Part shown: in pieces, positions 54,350 to 63,653 of the stretch
Position numbering within the stretch: the stretch's first letter is position 1
Layout: every line of letters starts with the position of its first letter
Assembly: GCA_038321865.1 (NCBI GenBank)
Contig: JBBQFH010000007.1
Coordinates: 32,001 to 96,000, forward strand
DNA length: 64,000 bases
Source of the DNA: Gemmatimonadales bacterium
Lineage (GTDB): Bacteria > Gemmatimonadota > Gemmatimonadetes > Gemmatimonadales > GWC2-71-9
Direction: 5' to 3'
The notes under the pieces: generated by a model
The model's input: the letters and a program-made list of their open reading frames with translations, nothing else
What the model was told of the DNA's origin: nothing
Database searches by the model: none
Position numbers and translations under genes: made by a program

Positions 54350-55788
54350 ACCGAAACGACTTCGTCCTCCTCTTCCTCCTCTTCCTCTTCCTCCGCCTCA
54401 TCGCCGGCACTGGTCAGCACCGTCGGCTCCTGCTCCCCGAACAGCTCGAAGAACCTCGCAAAGATCTGAATGCCGCTCCACAGCTGCGACAAGTCGAGCT
54501 TTTCGTTCGGTGAATGGAGCCCGTCGTCCGGCAGCCCGATCCCCGTCAGGATGACGGGAGCCCCGGCCAGCCCCAGTTCCGGAACCACCGGAATGGACCC
54601 GCCCGCGCGTGCCGGCACTGCCTTCCGCCCAACGACCTCCTCGAACGCCTGATCCAGCACCGCAAAGGCCGGTGCGTCCACATCCACCTGCACCGGGTCA
54701 CCGCCGTGGTGGATCCGAACGTCCACCTCGGCCCACTCGGGCGCGGCCTTCTCCACCGCCTTCTTCAGCTGCTTCGCGACCTTCTCGTAGCGCTGGCCCG
54801 GCACCAGGCGAAGGCTGATCTTGGCTGATGCCTGCGCGGGGATGACGGTCTTGGCCCCATCTCCGACGAACCCGCCCTTGATGCCGTGAATCTCGAATGT
54901 GGGCAGTGCCCAGACCCGCTCGAGCACCGAGAAATCCTCGAGGCCGGTGAGCGCCCGGCCCGTCACCTCATCGGCGAGAAACTTCTCCTCGTCGAACGGA
55001 AGGTGCCTCCACGACTTGAGCTCTGACTTGGTGGGCTCCTCCACCGACTTGTAGAGCTTGGGGATGCGGATCTTGCCGCTCCGGCTCTTGAGGTCGGCCA
55101 GAATGCGCACCAGCGTTTCCAGCGCGTTCGGCGCGACCCCCCCGTACGTGCCGGAGTGCAGGTCGCGCTGCAGCGTCCGCACCGAAATCTCGGCGTAGCA
55201 GAGGCCCCGAAGCGCAGTGTACACCGCCGGCCAGCCCGGCGCGAAATACGACATGTCGCACACCAGCGCGGCATCCGCGCGCGTGCGCTCCGGCTCGGCG
55301 CGCAGCAGGTCGAAAATCACCCGGCCACCGCATTCCTCCTCGCCCTCGAAAATGAAATGCACGTTGAGGGGCGGATTTCCGTCCGGACCACGGGAGGCCT
55401 CATAGGCCTTCAGCAGGCAGAACACCTGGCCCTTGTCGTCGGCGGCGCCGCGAGCATAGAGCTTTCCGTCTCGCACCGTCGGCTCGAATGGGGGCGTGGC
55501 CCATTCGTTGAGCGGATCGGCCGGCTGCACGTCGTAATGGCCGTAGATGAGGAGCGTCGGCTTGCCGGGAAGCTGCGGACCTTCCGCCCACACTACCGGA
55601 TGTCCCTGCCCTTCCACCAGCGTCACGACCGGGCAGCCGAGGCGCCGCAGCTCCTGCAGCAGCCAATCCGCCGCCCGGCGACAGTCCGCGGCATGGTCAG
55701 GCAAGGCACTGACGCTCGGAATCGACAGGAACTCGGTCAGCTCGCGCAGCATGCGGTCCTGCTCGCGACCTACGAACGCTGTATCCAT
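54346..55788 (-). CDS. M20 family dipeptidase with acidic C-terminal tail
   Basis: YGHYDVQP, RGAADDKG, EGEEE, DLHSG, GGSIP, HSPNE. Confidence 0.93.
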   Translation of the reverse strand: MDTAFVGREQDRMLRELTEFLSIPSVSALPDHAADCRRAADWLLQELRRLGCPVVTLVEGQGHPVVWAEGPQLPGKPTLLIYGHYDVQPADPLNEWATPPFEPTVRDGKLYARGAADDKGQVFCLLKAYEASRGPDGNPPLNVHFIFEGEEECGGRVIFDLLRAEPERTRADAALVCDMSYFAPGWPAVYTALRGLCYAEISVRTLQRDLHSGTYGGVAPNALETLVRILADLKSRSGKIRIPKLYKSVEEPTKSELKSWRHLPFDEEKFLADEVTGRALTGLEDFSVLERVWALPTFEIHGIKGGFVGDGAKTVIPAQASAKISLRLVPGQRYEKVAKQLKKAVEKAAPEWAEVDVRIHHGGDPVQVDVDAPAFAVLDQAFEEVVGRKAVPARAGGSIPVVPELGLAGAPVILTGIGLPDDGLHSPNEKLDLSQLWSGIQIFARFFELFGEQEPTVLTSAGDEAEEEEEEEEEDEVVSV

Positions 55789-55878
55789 ACGGCCCTCTCC
55801 CTGGTGATTGCACTATGCCGAAAGGAAGAAGCTACATCGCCCGGCCTGCGGCGCGTAGGTTGGCGCCGGGTCCTCGTG

Positions 55879-55894
55879 TGTGAGCCGGATCACA
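55879..55894. promoter_or_regulatory. CRP-family binding site TGTGA-N6-TCACA upstream of the M20 peptidase
   Basis: Perfect consensus TGTGAGCCGGATCACA, intergenic. Confidence 0.65.
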
Positions 55895-55932
55895 GAGCCC
55901 GGACTCCGTGACCCCCTCCACAATGAGAAGCA

Positions 55933-55955
55933 GCCGCACCCGAGCCGGGTGCGGC
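55933..55955 (-). terminator. Hairpin downstream of the aminopeptidase gene
   Basis: GCCGCACCCG-AGC-CGGGTGCGGC 10-bp stem with a weak U tail on the minus strand. Confidence 0.5.
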
Positions 55956-55980
55956 CTCACGCTGGCGTCACCCCCCCCGC

Positions 55981-57078
55981 CTACGGGTGGTCTTCGGTCA
56001 GCGGCTCACCGACCGCTCGCGCCAGGCGGACGAAGGCGCTGTCACCTTCGGCGCCCTCCATCAGCGTCCGCAGGTCGGCGACGCTGCGCCGGACGTCGGA
56101 GCCGTGCAGCACGTACCAGCGCTCGAACAGGTCGAGGTGCGACCGATAGATGGTCGCCCCGATCAGGCGGGCATTGTTGATGGGACGATCGGCCTGGGCG
56201 CCGACTGTATACGTCCTGAGCAACGGCCCGACCGAGTCCGCCAGCTCGCGCCGCGCCCAGCGCGCGACATCGGCCCGGCCCGAATCCACACCGGCGGAAT
56301 CCAGCTTCATGGCGTAGAGTGCCTTCAAGCGCCGGGTGAGCTCGGTGTAGAAGCCGCCGAGCACGATCTCGTCGTGCCACCGGTCGGCCGCCCGCGCCGC
56401 CGACGCGCTGTCACCACGGGCCCGGAAATACGCCTCGGCCGACCGATAGCCCACCAGCTGCGCGAAGCTCTCATTGAACGGAGTTGCGCTCTTCACGTAC
56501 AAGGAGTTGTGACCGATTTCGTGGAAGACGGTTCCCGCCAGCTCGATCGGGTCTCGGCTGAGGGCGGTGGACAGCAACGGATCGTTGAACCAGCCCAGCG
56601 TCGAGAATGCGCCCGAGGGGCGAAGGTAGATATCGTAGCCCTTGGCGGACAGCTTGCCGGCGGCGCGCTGGGCGGCTTTGGCGTCGAAGAAGCCCTTGTA
56701 CGGCATCCGGCCCACGATCGGCCACTTCCAGGTGTAGGGACAGAGGCAGTTGCGGGGTGACGCCTGGAGGACGAGAAGCAGCGTGTCGCGCTTGATGTCG
56801 GCAAAGGTGGTGTAGGTCGCACCCGCGTCGAGCCCCAGGTCCGCGGCAAAGTCCCGCACGGAGACGACGAGACCGAGCGATCGGCGCAACTCGGGAGAAA
56901 TGGCGCTGTCGGCGAGGACGTCGGCGATCGGCCGCCGTGCCCGGAGGATGCTGGATTCCTCGAACCCGGCCCTGGTGAGATACCGGACATCGTCGCTCGC
57001 CACGTATGCGGTGCCATAGCCACCCAGCAGCGCGGCAATGACGATCAGGAATACCATGAAGCCCTTTCGGCGGCGCAT
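55981..57078 (-). CDS. Predicted zinc aminopeptidase (N-terminal membrane anchor)
   Basis: WPIVGRMPYKGFF, AFSTLGWFNDP, FHEIGH, FNESFA. ATG at 57078. Confidence 0.88.
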   Translation of the reverse strand: MRRRKGFMVFLIVIAALLGGYGTAYVASDDVRYLTRAGFEESSILRARRPIADVLADSAISPELRRSLGLVVSVRDFAADLGLDAGATYTTFADIKRDTLLLVLQASPRNCLCPYTWKWPIVGRMPYKGFFDAKAAQRAAGKLSAKGYDIYLRPSGAFSTLGWFNDPLLSTALSRDPIELAGTVFHEIGHNSLYVKSATPFNESFAQLVGYRSAEAYFRARGDSASAARAADRWHDEIVLGGFYTELTRRLKALYAMKLDSAGVDSGRADVARWARRELADSVGPLLRTYTVGAQADRPINNARLIGATIYRSHLDLFERWYVLHGSDVRRSVADLRTLMEGAEGDSAFVRLARAVGEPLTEDHP

Positions 57079-57089
57079 CAGGTTCGCGG

Positions 57090-58802
57090 TCAGCGAACCC
57101 GGACGATCCCGATTCGCGCGACGGATGCGCTCCCCACCGCCGCCCCGACGCTGTCCGACAGCTTCACATCCACCGCCGCGGCGGAGGGCAGCTGAATGAC
57201 CCGGAGATGGCGCCCCGATCCGTCCCGGAGCGTTCCGTTCCGCGAATAGGTGCCGGTTCGCGTGCTGTCCGGCACCAGGGGATAGGGGCGGGGAAATGTC
57301 GCGGGCAGCTGCTGATTCAGGTTGGCGTACGTGGTTCGCAGGTTCCAGCTCAGATACTGCAGACGCTGGCTCGACGGGGTGAACCCGGGAAGGTTGTCGA
57401 GATAGTTGGCCAGCTGCCACTGGGAAACCAGCGTCGGGAACGGCTGTCCGGTCAACGCGCTGACGTTGGCGCTGCCGACACTGGCGGACGCGACGATCGG
57501 CCGGGTGAAGCCGGTGCCCAGCGAATCGGTGCCGAACTGGTCAGCAAGCCAGCGCACGAAGAGCCAGTTCGCGCCGCGCTCCGCCAGCGTCCCGGTGGAC
57601 TGGTTGTTCTCGACCAGCGCCGTTGCCTCGACGTCGCGCAGGTAGCGGTATCCGTTCTGTATGTCGCCCTTGACGAACTGGTTGAAGCAGTTGTGCAGCC
57701 CTGAGTCGTCGGTGCACAACGCGTTGGGAATGAGCCGTCCGCCCAGTTCCTCGGCGAGGTGGGACAGCCCCTCGTTGAGCCAGGTGTCCTCGCTGACGCC
57801 TCCGCGCACCAGCACATGCTGGTTGAAGCTGATCATGTGCTGGAATTCATGGATGAAGGTCGGCGCGAGCAGCGTCTTCGCATACGCTTTCGAGATCGTA
57901 CAGCTGGAGTTGGTCGGATCGGGCACGAGCCCGTAGAAGATCTCGCCCGCATTGGAGCCGTTCGCGCTCGGGACCAGGTCGCTGCCGTAGAAGTAGCCGA
58001 GGATGACGCTGCCGGCGCTGTTGCAGGAACCGCTGAGCTTGTTGACCTGATCGGTCAGCAGCACCACCACCACGCCGTTGCCGTCCAGATCGGACTCGCG
58101 CCCAAACGCCGTTGTGTCGATCGGATACAGGTAGTTGTCGAACAGGTTGCCGACCGAGTCGATGTCGGCCTGCGTGTAGCCACCCGTCGGAACGGCGTTG
58201 TCGAGATAGACCGCACCCTTGGGACCGACGTGCTTCGCGGTCGCCGTGACGCTCACGAATCCGGTGCAGTCGGTCGTGGAGCACACCTTGAAGGTGCGCT
58301 GCGTGCCCAGCGCCGGCGGCAGCATGGCGAAGGGCGCGCCGAGCGCGGCGGAAAAGGCAGCCCCGCCCGACGTGGACAGGACCCGTTCGCGTTGCCGCAG
58401 CATCTGATGGAAGGCGGCCGCTGGGGTCGGGGCCTCGAATGCGGAGGCGCCCGGGAGCCACGCCGCGAGCGGGGCGAGCGACCGATCGGCGACACTGGCC
58501 GTCGCGGCAAGCGGCGGCCCAGCGGTCACGGCATAGCTGCTCGTGATCCCGGTGCTGGTCTCCCGCCCGGCGGCCGAGAGCGCGACGTACAGGTGTTCCG
58601 CGCCGGCGGCACCGGCCGCGGGCAGCTCCACGCAGCTGGTCGCGGCAGGATCGACCACGGTAAAATCGCCCGGGGCGAGCGAGACGGTCGTCGGAGCGGC
58701 GCAGGTGACGTCCGGCGGCGGCGGCGGCGCGACGGGCCCGTCCGTGCAGGCCGCAAGCAGCAGAAATGCCGGTAGGACGAGAACGGGAATGCGTATGGTC
58801 AC
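57090..58802 (-). CDS. Lipoprotein zinc metallopeptidase (HExxH+E, M30-like)
   Basis: Lipobox LAAC; DLDGNG, GYF, IHEFQHMI, WLNEGLSHLAE. Start uncertain (58802 or 58835). Confidence 0.8.
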   Translation of the reverse strand: MTIRIPVLVLPAFLLLAACTDGPVAPPPPPDVTCAAPTTVSLAPGDFTVVDPAATSCVELPAAGAAGAEHLYVALSAAGRETSTGITSSYAVTAGPPLAATASVADRSLAPLAAWLPGASAFEAPTPAAAFHQMLRQRERVLSTSGGAAFSAALGAPFAMLPPALGTQRTFKVCSTTDCTGFVSVTATAKHVGPKGAVYLDNAVPTGGYTQADIDSVGNLFDNYLYPIDTTAFGRESDLDGNGVVVVLLTDQVNKLSGSCNSAGSVILGYFYGSDLVPSANGSNAGEIFYGLVPDPTNSSCTISKAYAKTLLAPTFIHEFQHMISFNQHVLVRGGVSEDTWLNEGLSHLAEELGGRLIPNALCTDDSGLHNCFNQFVKGDIQNGYRYLRDVEATALVENNQSTGTLAERGANWLFVRWLADQFGTDSLGTGFTRPIVASASVGSANVSALTGQPFPTLVSQWQLANYLDNLPGFTPSSQRLQYLSWNLRTTYANLNQQLPATFPRPYPLVPDSTRTGTYSRNGTLRDGSGRHLRVIQLPSAAAVDVKLSDSVGAAVGSASVARIGIVRVR

Positions 58803-58867
58803 GAAGGGGTCGCTCCGGCGCAAGTGCTGCGGCATGGGTGTATTAACATATGATGGGACAACGGTTT

Positions 58868-58896
58868 TTGACAATCACACAGCGCCTCGGTAGCTT
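58868..58896 (+). promoter_or_regulatory. sigma70 promoter TTGACA-N17-TAGCTT directed toward dnaE
   Basis: Perfect -35, 17-nt spacer, TAnnnT -10, with AT-rich sequence upstream. Confidence 0.7.
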
Positions 58897-58944
58897 CTCA
58901 CCGTCTCCCCATTCAGCCAGGCCCGAGAGCCGGGATCGGCCCCC

Positions 58945-59205
58945 TGCGGTCTGGCCGAAGGGAGACGCAGGACGGGGCCGGCAGGTCACACATGCGCCGT
59001 CGCCCGCCTGGCTCGCTGCTACCGGGTTCTCGCAAAAAGTGGGCGAGGAAGCGGCTGAGGGAGTGGTGGCGGCGAATACGGAGGCTGAAAGCCGTCTCGC
59101 GTCCGGGGCGGCTGATCTCCTCCATCATCTTCTGGTGCCGCTGCAGGCTCGAGGTGTCCCGCTGGACGCCGTCGGGAATGAGCCAGAGCAGCGCAGTCGG
59201 CAGGC
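58945..59205 (+). pseudogene. hisE: Decayed phosphoribosyl-ATP pyrophosphatase
   Basis: 59033-59194 reads QKVGEEAAEGVVAA...RLASGAADLLHHLLVPLQARGVPLDAV, matching HisE KVGEEAxE...EAADLLYHLLV. The 5' part is frameshifted, with no proper start or stop. Confidence 0.75.
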
Positions 59206-62200
59206 ATGTCCTTCGTACATCTCCATACGCACAGCGAGTACTCTCTCCTCGACGGGGCCAACCGCGTCGCCGAGCTGGTCGGCCATGTCAAGAAGCTTGG
59301 CATGGACAGTCTGGCCGTGACCGACCATGGCAACATGCATGCGGCCTGGACGTTCTACGAGGAAGCCAAGGCGCAGAAGGTCCGCCCGATCCTCGGCTTC
59401 GAGGCCTATCTGGCGTTCGGGCCACGCCAGGCGCGTGAGCGGCCGGCGGGGGCACCGGGACCGTACAGCCATCTCGTGCTGCTGGCCCGGAACCGGGCGG
59501 GATACAAGAACCTCATCAAGCTGACCTCGATCGGATACACCGAGGGGTTCTATCGCCGCCCCCGGATCGACAAGGAAGTCCTCGCCCGCTACAGCGATGG
59601 TATCGTGTGCCTCGCCGCATGCCTGTCCGGCGAGGTCTCCCTGTTCCTGCGCCAGGGCAAGTACGACGAGGCGCGGCGGAGCGCCGAGTGGTTCGCCACG
59701 ACCTTCGGCCGGGAGAACTTCTGGCTCGAAATCCAGAGCCACGGCATCCCCGAAGAGCAACTGGTGACGAAAGGGATGCTCGAGCTCGGGCGCGAGCTCG
59801 GCATCGGCGTGGTGGCGACCAACGACGCGCACTACCTCCGGAAGGAAGACGCCGAGTCGCATGACGTCCTCCTGGCGATCGGCACCGGCAGTGACCTGGA
59901 CGATCCGAAGCGGTTCCGCTTCACCGGCTCCGAGTCGTACGTGAAGAGCGAAAAGGAAATGCGGACGCTCTTCCCGGAGGCGCTCGAGACGCTGGAGAAC
60001 ACCCAGGCCGTCGCCAATCGCTGCGAATTCGACTTCGAGAAGCGCTACTTCCTCCCGACGTTCCCCAAGCCGCCGGAGTTCGCGACCGACGAGGCGCTGC
60101 TGCTCCATCTGGCGCACGCCGGCGCCGAGGGGCGCTACGGGTCACCGCTGCCGGCCAACGTCGTCGAACGCCTGGAGTACGAGCTCGCGGTGATCAACAC
60201 GGCGGGGTACGCCGGCTACTTCCTCATCGTCCACGACTTCATCGCGGCGGCCAAGGCACGAGGCATCCCGGTCGGTCCGGGCCGGGGGTCGGCCGCCGGC
60301 TCGATCGTGGCCTACTCGCTCGGCATCACCAATGTCTGCCCGCTCCGGTTCGACCTGCTCTTCGAGCGGTTCCTCAACCCGGAACGCGTGTCGATGCCGG
60401 ACATCGACGTGGACTTCTGCTTCGAGCGCCGGGGCGAGGTGATCGAGTACGTGCGGGAGCGGTACGGCCGCGCCAGCGTCGGCCAGATCGTGACCTTCGG
60501 CACCATGAAGGCGCGCGCCGCGATCAAGGACGTGGCGCGCGTCCTCCGCATCCCCCCGGCCGAGGCGGACAAGCTCACCAAGCTCATCCCGTCGGGGCCG
60601 GCCTACAGCCTGACGATTCCCGAGGCGATTCAAAAGGTCGACGAGCTGCGCGATCTGGTGAAGTCGAATCCGATCTACCAGCGGCTGGCGCACCTGAGCT
60701 CGCGCATCGAGGGAATCTCCCGCCACATGTCGGTCCACGCCGCCGGCGTCGTCATCGCGCCGGGGCCGCTCGACGAATACGTGCCGGTCTGCACCGCGCC
60801 CACCAAGGGCGCCGGCGCCGCCGCGGACGGTGAAGAGTCCATCATCACGCAGTTCGAGATGGGCCCGCTGGAAAAGGTCGGCATGCTCAAGATGGACATG
60901 CTCGGCCTCAAGACACTGACGGTCATTCACGACGCCGTGAACATGATCGCCGACCGGTATGGCGTCCGCCCGGACATGGATGCGCTGGCCTTCGACGACC
61001 CCGAGGTCTACGCGCTGCTCCGCAGAGGGCGAACCGCCGGGATCTTCCAGTTCGAGTCTCCGCTCGCGACCGAGACGCTCCGGGCGATGAAGTGCGACCG
61101 CTTCGACGATCTCGTCGCGTCCAACGCCCTGCTCCGCCCGGGTCCGCTGGACGCCGGCATGCACACGGTGTTCATCCGCCGGAAGCTCGGACAGGAGCGG
61201 GTCACCTATCCCCACCCGTCCCTCCGGGAGATTCTGGAGCCGACCTACGGCGTCATCACCTACCAGGAACAGGTGATGCGCATCGCGAACGTGATCGCGG
61301 GCTTTTCGCTGGCAGAAGCCGACGTGCTCCGGAAAGCCGTCGGCAAGAAGGACTCGGAGCTCATCAGGAAGGAGCTCGGCAAGTTCTGTGAGCGGGGTGC
61401 CGCGCAGGGACATCCGAAGAAACTGCTCGATGAGCTGGCCGGGCAGATCGAGACGTTCGGCCGCTACGGCTTCAACAAGTCGCACTCGGTCGCGTATTCG
61501 GTCCTCAGCTATCAGACGGCCTGGCTCAAGGCGCACTACCCCGCCGAATTCATGTCGGCGCTGCTGTCGTCGGAAATCGGCAGTACCGACAAGGTCGTGC
61601 AGTACATCAACGAGGCGCGCGAGCTGGGGCTCGAAGTCCTTGCGCCCGACGTGAACGAGTCGGGATTCAAGTTCACCGCCATCGACGACCGGCGCATCCG
61701 CTTTGGGCTGGGCGCCATCCGGAACGTCGGCTGGAGCGCCATCGAATCGATCATCGGCGGCCGGACCGAAGGCGCCTACACCACGCTGGCCGAGCTGGTC
61801 GAGCGCATCGACCTCCGGCTCTGCAACAAGCGGGTGGTCGAGTCGCTCGTCGCCGCGGGGGCGTGCGATTCGCTCGGCGGCCACCGGCATCAGCTCATCG
61901 AGGCACTCGAGGATGCGCTCGCGGAGGCCCAGCTGAAGCAGCAGGATCGCGAGGCCGGCCAGGCGTCCCTGTTCGGTGAAACACCGGCCACGCGCCATCA
62001 CCGGCTCCAGCTCCCCGATGTCCCCGAGTGGACCGAGGCCGAGCGCCTGGCGCGGGAGAAGGATGTCCTTGGCTTCTTCATCTCCGGCCATCCGCTGGAG
62101 CGGTTCCGCGACGAGGTCGAGCTCTTCGGCTCGCGCACGACCGCGACGCTCGGCGAATGGAGCGAGCACCAGGTGCATGTCGCCGCGGTCGTCACCGGCG

Positions 62201-62685
62201 TGAAACGGCAGATCTCGAAGAAGACGGGCAAGGAGTACGCGCGGCTGGTGCTGGAGGACTTCCACGGGACGGCCGAGGCGATCGTGTTCCCCGACGCGTG
62301 GGCCAAGCTCAACCAGGTCATCCTGCCCGATGCCGCCGTGCTCCTGGCCGGCGGGTACAGCGACCGGGACCGGGGGGAAGACCGCGCCCCCTTCATCGTG
62401 GAGGCGGCGAGGCAGCTGGACGATCTCAAGCGCTCAGGCGCCGTAGCGTTGAGCTTCAGCTGGCGGGCACCCGAGGCGCCGTCGCCGGCCGCGATGAAGG
62501 CCGCGGCGGCGCTCTGCTCGGCCCATCCCGGGCCGATTCCGGTCTATATTGACTGGAGCGACGGGAATGGGGAGGCGGTCCGGCTTCGCTCCCGTCGCGT
62601 CCGCGTGGCCCCCGAAGACGACCTCGTACACGCCCTGCGGAACCTTCTTGGCGCCGACTCCGTCCACTACGTGAAAGCGGGCTAG
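59206..62685 (+). CDS. dnaE: DNA polymerase III alpha subunit
   Basis: FVHLHTHSEYSLLDG, GRGSAAGS, MPDIDVDF, YGFNKSHS; no intein seen. Confidence 0.98.
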   Translation: MSFVHLHTHSEYSLLDGANRVAELVGHVKKLGMDSLAVTDHGNMHAAWTFYEEAKAQKVRPILGFEAYLAFGPRQARERPAGAPGPYSHLVLLARNRAGYKNLIKLTSIGYTEGFYRRPRIDKEVLARYSDGIVCLAACLSGEVSLFLRQGKYDEARRSAEWFATTFGRENFWLEIQSHGIPEEQLVTKGMLELGRELGIGVVATNDAHYLRKEDAESHDVLLAIGTGSDLDDPKRFRFTGSESYVKSEKEMRTLFPEALETLENTQAVANRCEFDFEKRYFLPTFPKPPEFATDEALLLHLAHAGAEGRYGSPLPANVVERLEYELAVINTAGYAGYFLIVHDFIAAAKARGIPVGPGRGSAAGSIVAYSLGITNVCPLRFDLLFERFLNPERVSMPDIDVDFCFERRGEVIEYVRERYGRASVGQIVTFGTMKARAAIKDVARVLRIPPAEADKLTKLIPSGPAYSLTIPEAIQKVDELRDLVKSNPIYQRLAHLSSRIEGISRHMSVHAAGVVIAPGPLDEYVPVCTAPTKGAGAAADGEESIITQFEMGPLEKVGMLKMDMLGLKTLTVIHDAVNMIADRYGVRPDMDALAFDDPEVYALLRRGRTAGIFQFESPLATETLRAMKCDRFDDLVASNALLRPGPLDAGMHTVFIRRKLGQERVTYPHPSLREILEPTYGVITYQEQVMRIANVIAGFSLAEADVLRKAVGKKDSELIRKELGKFCERGAAQGHPKKLLDELAGQIETFGRYGFNKSHSVAYSVLSYQTAWLKAHYPAEFMSALLSSEIGSTDKVVQYINEARELGLEVLAPDVNESGFKFTAIDDRRIRFGLGAIRNVGWSAIESIIGGRTEGAYTTLAELVERIDLRLCNKRVVESLVAAGACDSLGGHRHQLIEALEDALAEAQLKQQDREAGQASLFGETPATRHHRLQLPDVPEWTEAERLAREKDVLGFFISGHPLERFRDEVELFGSRTTATLGEWSEHQVHVAAVVTGVKRQISKKTGKEYARLVLEDFHGTAEAIVFPDAWAKLNQVILPDAAVLLAGGYSDRDRGEDRAPFIVEAARQLDDLKRSGAVALSFSWRAPEAPSPAAMKAAAALCSAHPGPIPVYIDWSDGNGEAVRLRSRRVRVAPEDDLVHALRNLLGADSVHYVKAG

Positions 62686-62688
62686 CCG

Positions 62689-63651
62689 ATGGCGTCCGTC
62701 TACACCCTCGAGTTCGAGAAGCCGCTGCAGGAGCTGGAACAGCAGATCGAGGACCTTCAGCGCCTGGGCCGCGACCGTCAGATCGACGTGGACGGGGAGC
62801 TGGCCGGACTCCAGACCAAGCTCGAGACCCTCCGCGCCGACATCTACCGCAATCTCACGCCGATCCAGCGGGTGCTGGTGGCCCGCCATCCGCGGCGGCC
62901 CTACACCCTGGATTACCTCAGCAGCATCTTCACCGACTTCATCGAACTGCACGGGGACCGGTTGTACATGGACGATCCCGCGATCGTCGGCGGCTGGGCC
63001 CGGCTCGGCGGTGTGTCGGTGATGGTCATCGGCCACCAGAAGGGCCGCGACACGAAGGAGAATCTCAAGCGGAACTTCGGCATGGCGCATCCCGAGGGCT
63101 ATCGCAAGGCGCTTCGGATGATGAAGCTGGCCGCGCGCTTCAGCGCGCCCGTCATCACGCTGATCGACACCCCCGGCGCCTATCCCGGCCTCGGCGCCGA
63201 GGAGCGGGGACAGAGCGAGGCGCTGGCGCGAAACATTCTCGAGATGTCGGCGCTCCCGACCCCGTGCGTCGCAGTCGTCATCGGCGAAGGGGGCTCGGGC
63301 GGCGCGCTGGCGCTGGGCGTCGCCGACCGGGTGCTGATGCTGGAGAACTCGGTCTATTCCGTCATCACCCCTGAGGGGTGCGCCGCGATCCTGTGGAAGG
63401 ACGCCAGCCAACGGGAGCGCGCGGCCGAGGCGCTCAAGATCACGGCGAAGGATCTGCTGGAGCTGAAGGTGATCGACGAGGTCGTGCCCGAGCCGGTGGG
63501 CGGCGCACACGTGGATCCCGACGCCACGGGCGAAGCGTTGCGGGACACCCTCATCCGGCACGTCACCGAGTTGCGGAAGATCCGCCCCGAAAAGCTGGTA
63601 CGCCGCCGCGCGGAGAAGTTCGCCGCGATGGGCGCGTACACGGAGGCGTGA
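62689..63651 (+). CDS. accA: Acetyl-CoA carboxylase carboxyltransferase alpha
   Basis: LEFEKP, ARHPRRP, PEGYRKA, DTPGAYPG, GEGGSGGAL. Confidence 0.98.
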   Translation: MASVYTLEFEKPLQELEQQIEDLQRLGRDRQIDVDGELAGLQTKLETLRADIYRNLTPIQRVLVARHPRRPYTLDYLSSIFTDFIELHGDRLYMDDPAIVGGWARLGGVSVMVIGHQKGRDTKENLKRNFGMAHPEGYRKALRMMKLAARFSAPVITLIDTPGAYPGLGAEERGQSEALARNILEMSALPTPCVAVVIGEGGSGGALALGVADRVLMLENSVYSVITPEGCAAILWKDASQRERAAEALKITAKDLLELKVIDEVVPEPVGGAHVDPDATGEALRDTLIRHVTELRKIRPEKLVRRRAEKFAAMGAYTEA

Positions 63652-63653
63652 AG

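Noticed and set aside
58870..58900. Weak resemblance (HTAPR) to the HisI CHTG motif
   Set aside because: Too short, and better explained as the sigma70 promoter spacer.
60142..62265. Long antisense ORFs (also 36626-38533, 12833-14584, 48818-50428 and similar)
   Set aside because: Typical stop-poor reverse frames of high-GC genes; no motifs, and each fully overlaps a well-supported gene.
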